From Promethearchaeota archaeon (GTDB lineage Archaea; Asgardarchaeota; Lokiarchaeia; Sigyniarchaeales; SOKP01): a stretch of DNA of 64,000 bases. The notes beneath the pieces were generated by a model. It did no database searches and was not told where the DNA came from. It worked only from the letters and a program-made list of their open reading frames with translations. The translations under genes and the position numbers were made by a program. This document shows, piece by piece, positions 10,906 through 18,165 of the stretch; position 1 is the stretch's first letter, and every line of letters starts with the position of its first letter. The DNA lies in NCBI GenBank assembly GCA_016839555.1, contig JAEOUA010000007.1, forward strand, positions 64,001-128,000. The letters run 5' to 3'.

Positions 10906-11059
10906 GGGCAAGTTTATATGAATATAAACTTCATTGACGCTGGTACAAAACATCGAATCGAAAAGTGGGGGTTTTTTAATTTTCATGAATTAGCTATAAT
11001 CGTGTTCAATGATCAATTCAGCTAATATAATAATAAACTTTTAAAATAAAATTAAAGAT

Positions 11060-11272
11060 ATGAATCATTTTAGATATAATAACTATAGAAATACCATTCC
11101 AGAAAAATCATTAGAAAGAATGAAAAAATATTCGGAAATTAATTGGAAAAAAATAGATCGAAGTGCCCTTGAAAATTATCTTGAAAAATTAGAAAAGACT
11201 GATAAATTAACAACAAAATCTAATATTTATTATAATCTCTTCCAGTTTTTTCTTCTAATTCTAGTAGGTTGA
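11060..11272 (+). CDS. Ribbon-helix-helix/antitoxin-like small protein, possibly degenerate
   Basis: TIPEKSLERMKKYSEINW...RSALENYLEKLE resembles archaeal RHH antitoxins; no toxin partner follows. Confidence 0.5.
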   Translation: MNHFRYNNYRNTIPEKSLERMKKYSEINWKKIDRSALENYLEKLEKTDKLTTKSNIYYNLFQFFLLILVG

Positions 11273-11450
11273 TTTTAATAGTTTTCAGAAATGACCATAA
11301 TTCATTTTTGCTAATTTTTGCTTTAGGATCTAAAATATAATCTGTAATATTTTCATCAATAAACTTCTTTATGGTTTTCAATAATAATCGACATTCCTCG
11401 GAGATAAAGACTTTTTTATAAAAAGGTTTTAATTAATTTTAAAAGAAAAA

Positions 11451-13847
11451 ATGATTTCGCATTTTTTATTCATTGATGAAAATAATTTCAAGGATATTAT
11501 AAAGAAAGATCTAAATAAGATAGTAGGATTAAGTTTTAAAGAGAAATGTCAAATAATTGACATGATTAGTTCTAAAAAGTTTACTAATGAACTCAAATTT
11601 AAATTAAAAGACATCTTAAAGATTGTCTCAAATAAAGAATTGTTGGTTCTTATGGGAAAAATAGATAATAAATCATTACAAAATGAAGTTAATTATGAAA
11701 AAAAGATAAAGGATACCTTAGCTACATCTATAGAAGAAAATAAATCTTCTAAGAGAAAATATATTGATGGTGGAAAGATTGATTTAGACTATTATGGTAA
11801 CATTATCGTAAATAAATATAAGGATATAATAAGAAAAAGAAGAAAGGCTCTCGGATTTCCTACTACACAAAAAAGATTATCCGATATGACTCCTATTATG
11901 CATAATCAAGTAAGAGATATTGATCAGATTGTTTCTAAGAGTGGAAGAACTAGATATTTATGGTTTGGTTTAGTCTATCAAATAACGGTGGTCGAAAAAG
12001 ATGGTAACGAAGGTAAAAAATATGCTGGAATGACAGCTCAAACTTTAAAGCAGAGATGGCATTGGTATGTTAAAACTGCATTGGAAAAACAAGAACATTG
12101 GCACTACCCCATAATAAAATTAATCAGGAAAGTATTATTTGATGAAACGAAATATGATGAAACAGATTTAAAAATAAGGGAAATAGATTGGAATTGGGCA
12201 AAGATTAATGCAATTCTGGAACCTCGATTTAAAAGAGAAGTAAAAATCATTTGTTTTAATTCAAAATCATTAAAAGAAGAGGAAAGAAAATATATAAGAA
12301 AATATAATTTAATTAAAGATGGATTAAATATTAGGGCGGGGGGAGAGGGCGGTCATGCAATCGATTTACCCATGTTTAAAATTGCTAAAATGATCACAAA
12401 AGGAATGAGTTTAAAAGAAATGGAAAAGATCATCAATTGGGTTACTCATACTACTATTTGGGACAGAATTAATGATTATTGGATATCCTATGAGAATTCT
12501 TTATTACTTTTCTTAAGACCTATGCTAAAGTTATTAATTATTTCTAAATTTGAATTATATGAAATAAATGAGACATATAATCGATTTATGCATGATACAA
12601 TAAAGACTTTTTTTGAAGGTCTTTCTTATAGACAATTAATAGATTTGAAGGAAGAAGAATGGAATTCTTTAGATTATGAACATCTCTCTCCTCGGACAAT
12701 AACTGGGCAAGTTAAATATATGATCCCTGGAAAAATCCTGAAAGATTTAATTCTAAGGAATAAAACAGCTATCTCTGCTATTGATGATCCCTCAATAGAG
12801 GATTCACTTTCTATTTATTGTTCGGATGTTGCTCGGCAGCAAATCGTATATCAAATACAGCAACAATTAGATTATGATAGTTGGATAAATGCTAGGAGAC
12901 ATATTTGTGGGAATTTTATTATTAAAAATCTAAAAAATCGTACTATAGAAGCAAAGGAGATATATATGAGAATAGGATATGATGAACCATCTGCTTATAC
13001 TCATACCACGCTAACTCAAATCTATTTTTTTGGTTTAACAACTGAAAAATTAAAAGAAATATTACAAAAAAATCCCTATATTGAAAAATATATTGATCTC
13101 AAAAAGTACATAGATAAATTAAAATCTAAAAAAACCAAATTACCAAAGACTAAAATTGATAAATTATTATTAAGAAAATTAAAAAGTAAAGATATGATAC
13201 AAGAGATAATAGGATGGTCAACTAAGGATTTCTTGAAAGAAGTTAAAAAATATTATCCTAACTTTAAAGAAGCAAAATGGATTGTTAAAGCACCCTATAT
13301 AATAAATAAATTTAGAAATATTTCCCTTCCCTATGATTCTAATGAATTGAATAAAATCGTGATTCATCTAGGTTATAGTAATTCTGTAAAAATTAGTTCA
13401 ATTATTAGAGATATGTTATTTGGTATGGGTTTGAAGGATGCTATAGCATTAGTAAGATATTATCCCGGAATTAAAACGTATCAAGATGCTTTAGAGAAAA
13501 TTAAAGAACTTAACAATTTTAGAAGACTTTTTAAAGCTGGAACATCAAAGAAAGAAACTCTAAATAAGATATTAGATATCTTTTTGAAAAAAGAATTTAT
13601 AACTATTAAACAAATAGCTAATCACACAGGATTTCTTAAAAGAACAATTAGAGGGTACTTGAAGGATTTAACTTCTCAAGGAATTTTGGAGAGAAAAATT
13701 CTTGATGGAAATCCTTTTTGGAAATTAAAAGTTTCAAAGAAAAAATTGGAGAAATTATTTGATGATTCTCCTATCAAATATCCATGGGATGATGATCCTA
13801 GTTTTTCGTTAAAAAATAAAATAAAACCTATAAAAGATAAAGAATAG
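11451..13847 (+). CDS. Large GIY-YIG family (homing-type) endonuclease with C-terminal winged HTH
   Basis: GLVYQIT...KKYAGMT...LKQRW, then LKEEERKYIRKY...GLNIRAGGEGG (Y/Y-G/R/E/N pattern of GIY-YIG); C-terminal ITIKQIANHTGFLKRTIRGYLKDLTSQGILER wHTH. Confidence 0.7.
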   Translation: MISHFLFIDENNFKDIIKKDLNKIVGLSFKEKCQIIDMISSKKFTNELKFKLKDILKIVSNKELLVLMGKIDNKSLQNEVNYEKKIKDTLATSIEENKSSKRKYIDGGKIDLDYYGNIIVNKYKDIIRKRRKALGFPTTQKRLSDMTPIMHNQVRDIDQIVSKSGRTRYLWFGLVYQITVVEKDGNEGKKYAGMTAQTLKQRWHWYVKTALEKQEHWHYPIIKLIRKVLFDETKYDETDLKIREIDWNWAKINAILEPRFKREVKIICFNSKSLKEEERKYIRKYNLIKDGLNIRAGGEGGHAIDLPMFKIAKMITKGMSLKEMEKIINWVTHTTIWDRINDYWISYENSLLLFLRPMLKLLIISKFELYEINETYNRFMHDTIKTFFEGLSYRQLIDLKEEEWNSLDYEHLSPRTITGQVKYMIPGKILKDLILRNKTAISAIDDPSIEDSLSIYCSDVARQQIVYQIQQQLDYDSWINARRHICGNFIIKNLKNRTIEAKEIYMRIGYDEPSAYTHTTLTQIYFFGLTTEKLKEILQKNPYIEKYIDLKKYIDKLKSKKTKLPKTKIDKLLLRKLKSKDMIQEIIGWSTKDFLKEVKKYYPNFKEAKWIVKAPYIINKFRNISLPYDSNELNKIVIHLGYSNSVKISSIIRDMLFGMGLKDAIALVRYYPGIKTYQDALEKIKELNNFRRLFKAGTSKKETLNKILDIFLKKEFITIKQIANHTGFLKRTIRGYLKDLTSQGILERKILDGNPFWKLKVSKKKLEKLFDDSPIKYPWDDDPSFSLKNKIKPIKDKE

Positions 13848-14058
13848 GAATATTATTATATTTTAAAAGAAAATTAAGAATGATACTATAATAATAATTA
13901 ACTAAATTGAGATTAAATATTCCTATAGTTTCATTTTTAATCTAAAAAGTATAAAAATTAATAAGAAGTAATATTAATAATGTAAAAAAATGAAAATATA
14001 TATTTTTTTAAAAAAATGAAGATATACAACTTAAAATCAAGATCAATAGGTGATATTT

Positions 14059-15288
14059 ATTAGTATTCAGCCGATGAAGCTTTTCTTCCGTGAAATAAAA
14101 GAGCCTATTAGAACCACTATGATAGGAAATTATGCCGTGGCAGGCGGCGTTACCCAGACGGATCCTGATGTCATTTGTGCATTTCCAATAACTCCCCAAA
14201 CCCAATCAGTCGAAGGATTATCTGACGTGGTACATCAAGGTAGATTAAAAGCTGCATTTGTAAATGTAGAATCTGAATTAGCAGCCATGAGTTTTTCTAC
14301 TGCTGCGTGTGCTGCAGGTGCTCGTACATTCACTGCGACAGCTTCTCAAGGATATCTTTTAATGACAGAGGCGTTGCCAATGGCGGTGGGTTGGAGAGTA
14401 CCCTTAACCATGATGATTAGTGCCCGAGCTTTTAATTCCCCAAATCTCTCAATTTGGAATAGCTGGGAATTTACTGAAACGAATTCCGAAATTGGATGGA
14501 ATACCATCGTCTCAGAAAATGTTCAAGAGACCTATGATGCAGCCATTTTATCGGTGATGATGTCAGAGGATTCATTATTTCCAACAATGTTTATCCACGA
14601 TGGGTTTATTATTTCTCATTCCGTACAAAATGTGACTTTAATACCTGATGAAACCGTGCGAAAATTAACTCCTAAGAAACCACGACACCGCATTACGCCA
14701 AAAAAACCGGGAACTTGGGGCGGAATAGTCACTCCAAGCTATTTTATGGAATTTAGAAAAAGCCTCGATGTAGATAAAGAGCCAGTATTAGGTATTATGG
14801 AAGATGTTTTCGACCGATTTGAGAAAGCAACGGAGAGAAGATATGATCTTATTGAAACCTATAACTTGGATAACCCCTCAAATACCGCCTTTATAACGAT
14901 GGGATCCATGTGCGGAAATATAGTAAGTTGGATGACTAAAAATAAAGATGTTGGATTAATTAAGCTTCGCACATTTAGACCTTTTCCTTATGAACAATTA
15001 CAGCAAATCGTAGAAGACTATGGTTTAGAAAAATTAATCATTTTAGAAAAATCAGATTCTCTGAATGGAATGCTACCTCCGTTCTCGATGTCAATAGCAT
15101 CAGCACTTTACCCGCTGGGTACCTTGTTCAGAAGCTTTATCGTAGGATTAGGTGGCAGGGATGTCACCAGAGATGAGTTAAACATCGCACGAAAAAAAAT
15201 GGAAAATGTAAAAGATATGAAAGGTAAGCTTTATATGTATCTCGGTGTGAGAGAAACTAAAAATAAAATTTATGGGGTGAATATGTAA
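14059..15288 (+). CDS. porA: 2-oxoacid:ferredoxin oxidoreductase alpha subunit (start ATT 14059 inferred; GTG 14050 or ATG 14074 are alternatives)
   Basis: MIGNYAVA, AFPITPQT, VESELAA, TATASQG, KLRTFRPFP, GLGGRD; AGGTGA SD at 14048-14053. Confidence 0.92.
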   Translation: MSIQPMKLFFREIKEPIRTTMIGNYAVAGGVTQTDPDVICAFPITPQTQSVEGLSDVVHQGRLKAAFVNVESELAAMSFSTAACAAGARTFTATASQGYLLMTEALPMAVGWRVPLTMMISARAFNSPNLSIWNSWEFTETNSEIGWNTIVSENVQETYDAAILSVMMSEDSLFPTMFIHDGFIISHSVQNVTLIPDETVRKLTPKKPRHRITPKKPGTWGGIVTPSYFMEFRKSLDVDKEPVLGIMEDVFDRFEKATERRYDLIETYNLDNPSNTAFITMGSMCGNIVSWMTKNKDVGLIKLRTFRPFPYEQLQQIVEDYGLEKLIILEKSDSLNGMLPPFSMSIASALYPLGTLFRSFIVGLGGRDVTRDELNIARKKMENVKDMKGKLYMYLGVRETKNKIYGVNM

Positions 15289-15289
15289 A

Positions 15290-16418
15290 ATGTCAAATGG
15301 AGATAGAAATATTATAACGATGGAAGATATATTAGCGAGAGAAGGTAAATGCAATGTACTATTTCTAAACTATGATAACGAGGCATTTATGAACACCGGA
15401 ATCCAAGGGAATTCTACATTTTAGTAGAATTCTGGAAAAATCTGGTGGTACGCCTCCATATGCAAGTACAACTACAGGACCAGCAGGAGAAAAAATACCC
15501 GGAAAAGTTGGAGTGAAACAAGATTTAGTCACTCCATTTGCATTTTATGGTTCAAAAAAATTGTTTTTAGCAACGGTAAATCCAGCATATCCTCTTGATT
15601 TAATGGGAAAAATAATGGATGCCCTTAAATCCGACGGATCAGCTTTTATACAGGCCTTAAGTGATTGTATGAGAGGCTGGAGGCATGATGCTAAGGATGC
15701 TTTGAAAATCTCTAAACTTGCGACTGATAGTGGGTATTGGCCTTTATATACCATTCGAGTTGAAGAGGGTATACCCGTATTTTCATATTATAGAGGACTT
15801 GATATTGATAAAGATAAGTTTGTGGAATTTTTGCAATCTATGGGGCGCTTTAGGCATCTTTTTAAACCAAAATTTATGGAAAAAGAAATCAATGAAATAA
15901 TCTTTCAAACGGAACAAAGAAACAAGAAGATAAAGGGGTTAATTGAACAGTTTGGCGCTGATAAACCTAAAGACATCTATAGAATTGATAGAAAAGCATT
16001 AAAACCACAGGAGCATTTGCTTCCTGGACATGGCTTATGCCCAGGGTGCGGTGCGGGCATGGTTCTTTTTCAAATGGCTACAGCAGCTTATCAAGTAGCT
16101 GGTAATAATATGATCTATGTAAATAATACAAGCTGCTCGGAAGTTTCAACATCAAAAGATAATGTGACCTCTTGGAAAGTACCTTGGGTACATCATCTCT
16201 TTGAATCAGGTGCCACCGTTGCTGATGCTCTGGCAACTGCTTATAAAATTTTGAAAAAGAAAGGTTTATTTGGAAAACCAATGGAAGAAGAGGTGCCTTA
16301 TGTTATTCATATCGGTGGGGATGGCAGTACTTATGATATAGGATTTCAATTTTTGAAAGCAGCATTAATTCGGACCAGTACTTTCATGGAAATGAGCGAA
16401 CTTTTAAACGAAAAATAA
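15290..16418 (+). CDS. porB: 2-oxoacid:ferredoxin oxidoreductase beta subunit, circularly permuted and intron-containing: join(15290..15407,15439..16418), 365 aa
   Basis: Exon 1 MSNGDR...NYDNEAFMNTGIQ; exon 2 (E)SGGTPPYASTTTGPAG...LSDCMRGW...PGHGLCPGCG...TSCSEV...GGDGSTYDIG. The ORF track shows only 15513-16418. Confidence 0.88.
15408..15438 (+). other. Putative 31-nt archaeal bulge-helix-bulge intron in porB mRNA
   Basis: Central helix TCCA/TGGA with 3-nt bulges AGG and AAA, 9-bp intron stem, 7-bp exon-exon stem; removal restores the frame and deletes in-frame TAG TAG. Confidence 0.85.
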
Positions 16419-16598
16419 GTTTTCTTTTTTTAAATTAACCTAATTTTTATATTCTTATTTTTTATACTTTTTTATCAATAAATGATATTTTATTGCAGAT
16501 TTGTAATTCCGTTGATTATTATATCATCATAGCAGAAGTTAGGTAAAAATTTTCAATATAATAATATTAGATAATTACATAATTATATATGGTAAACT

Positions 16599-17357
16599 AT
16601 GATTAAAATTGAAAAGGATAATCCCGTTTATACTGTAATTATAGATAATCCAGAATTTAGAAATGCGATTGATAGACCTTCAGCTCAAGCACTTGCTGAT
16701 GCATTTAGAGAATTTGAGAGAGATGATGAAGCCCTTATTGCTGTATTATGGGGTGCTAACGGAAACTTCTGCTCAGGAGCGAATCTTAAAGCTATTTCTG
16801 AGGGAGTTCCTAATAGAATTGAAAAAAGAGGAGATGGTCCAATGGGACCTACTCGAATGCTTCTTTCAAAACCCATTATTGCTGCAGTTTCAGGATATGC
16901 GGTTGCTGGAGGTTTAGAGCTTGCTATTTGGTGTGATTTACGACTAGTAGAGAAAGATGCGATTTTTGGGGTATTTTGCAGAAGATATGGAGTACCTTTA
17001 ATTGATGGAGGTACCGTTCGCTTGTCCAGATTAATTGGTTTGAGCCGCGCGTTGGATATGATTTTAACGGGGCGTCCTATATCAGCTCAAGAAGCTTATG
17101 AATGGGGATTAGCTAATAGAGTAGTTGAAAATGGGCAATCAAGATATGAAGCAGAAAAATTAGCCAAGGAACTAGCAAGATTTCCCCAAATTTGTATGAG
17201 AAACGATCGACTTTCTGCTTATGAACAATTTGGTCTGGATATACCTGAGGCGATGAAGAATGAATTTGAATATGGCTTAAAAACTCTTGAAAAAGGAGAA
17301 TTTCTGGAAGGAAGTAAGGAATTTATGAAAGGAAAAGGAAAACATGGAAAGTTTTAA
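16599..17357 (+). CDS. Enoyl-CoA hydratase/crotonase family protein
   Basis: FCSGANL, GYAVAGGLELA, GVPLIDGG. Confidence 0.9.
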   Translation: MIKIEKDNPVYTVIIDNPEFRNAIDRPSAQALADAFREFERDDEALIAVLWGANGNFCSGANLKAISEGVPNRIEKRGDGPMGPTRMLLSKPIIAAVSGYAVAGGLELAIWCDLRLVEKDAIFGVFCRRYGVPLIDGGTVRLSRLIGLSRALDMILTGRPISAQEAYEWGLANRVVENGQSRYEAEKLAKELARFPQICMRNDRLSAYEQFGLDIPEAMKNEFEYGLKTLEKGEFLEGSKEFMKGKGKHGKF

Positions 17358-17485
17358 AGTTGATATAAAAGTTATTCTCTTTAGAAAATATTGACACAAT
17401 TAAAAAGCAAAAGATTTATATTTTTTTATCCATCATCTTAGATTAAGAAACCAGAAAAATAATTAATTTAAGAGGTGTATTTTTC

Positions 17486-17887
17486 ATTCTGTTTAAAGAA
17501 TTAAAAGTTAAAACCCCTCAGCGTGAAATTTTATTGGATATTACTCAAGAAGTGAGAAGCAATATTGAAAATAGTGGAATTAAAGAAGGATCCTGCAATA
17601 TTTTTGTTCCACATACAACAGCGGGAGTAACCATTAATGAAAATGCTGACCCCGCCGTGAAAAAGGATATCATTCAGCATCTACACAAAATAATTCCAAA
17701 AAATGCGAATTTTTCACATATGGAAGGAAATTCTGATGCCCATATTAAAAGCTCCCTCACTGGTCCCTCTTTAACTGTGCTAATTCATAATGGAAAACTG
17801 ATTTTGGGAACTTGGCAAGGTATATTGTTTGCTGAATATGACGGGCCACGGACTAGGAAAGTATATCTTCAAATTCAAGGAGATTAA
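17486..17887 (+). CDS. yjbQ: YjbQ/UPF0047 family protein (start extended upstream to ATT 17486 or CTG 17489)
   Basis: PHTTAGVTINENADP, HMEGNSDAH, LGTWQG, DGPR; frame open upstream through ELKVKT..EILLDIT; GAGGTG SD at 17472-17477. Confidence 0.85.
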   Translation: MLFKELKVKTPQREILLDITQEVRSNIENSGIKEGSCNIFVPHTTAGVTINENADPAVKKDIIQHLHKIIPKNANFSHMEGNSDAHIKSSLTGPSLTVLIHNGKLILGTWQGILFAEYDGPRTRKVYLQIQGD

Positions 17888-18165
17888 TATCATTTTAAAT
17901 ATAAGCAATATTTTTTCATTAATTTCCAATTAATTTTAGGGAATTATCCATATTTTCATTAAAATCACAAAATTTTATTTTTTAACCAAAAAAGGAAAAA
18001 TTTATGATTAATAAAATTTTTTTTAAATTTTAATCCATCTATGCTTTTTATTCCTCATTTTCTTTAAGTCTAGAATAAAAATATCAAATTCTTAATATTG
18101 AGAGCATTTAATTATTTAATTAACATCAAAATTAAATTAGGAAAAAATATTTTAAAGTATTAATA

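Larger units (their letters stand above)
7405..14073. mobile_element. ~6.7-kb island inserted in the 5' end of porA (boundaries approximate)
   Basis: Separates porG/D from porA; duplicated porA N-terminus at both borders; low coding density, gene fragments, GIY-YIG endonuclease. Confidence 0.7.

Noticed and set aside
11348-11484. 15/16-bp inverted repeat (11348-11363 vs 11469-11484) around the endonuclease start
   Set aside because: Short and very AT-rich, with one arm inside the CDS; cannot be distinguished from chance without comparative data.
7405-14073. The whole porA island as a giant BHB, group I or group II intron
   Set aside because: No BHB pairing between the borders, no group II GUGYG...AY ends or reverse transcriptase seen, genes lie on both strands, and porA has its own SD and start downstream.
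15422-15427. TAG TAG in porB as pyrrolysine/readthrough, or a simple sequencing frameshift
   Set aside because: Readthrough would stay in the wrong frame, and a single-base error cannot explain 31 extra nucleotides inside a conserved motif.
15409-15432. The hairpin AATTCTAC...GTAGAAT resembles a Cas12a-type CRISPR repeat stem and contains two EcoRI sites
   Set aside because: Single copy, no spacers or cas genes. A palindromic 6-mer in one arm of a perfect stem necessarily recurs in the other arm. Pairing with both exons and exact frame restoration favour a BHB intron; a cloning artefact is unlikely but only raw reads can exclude it.
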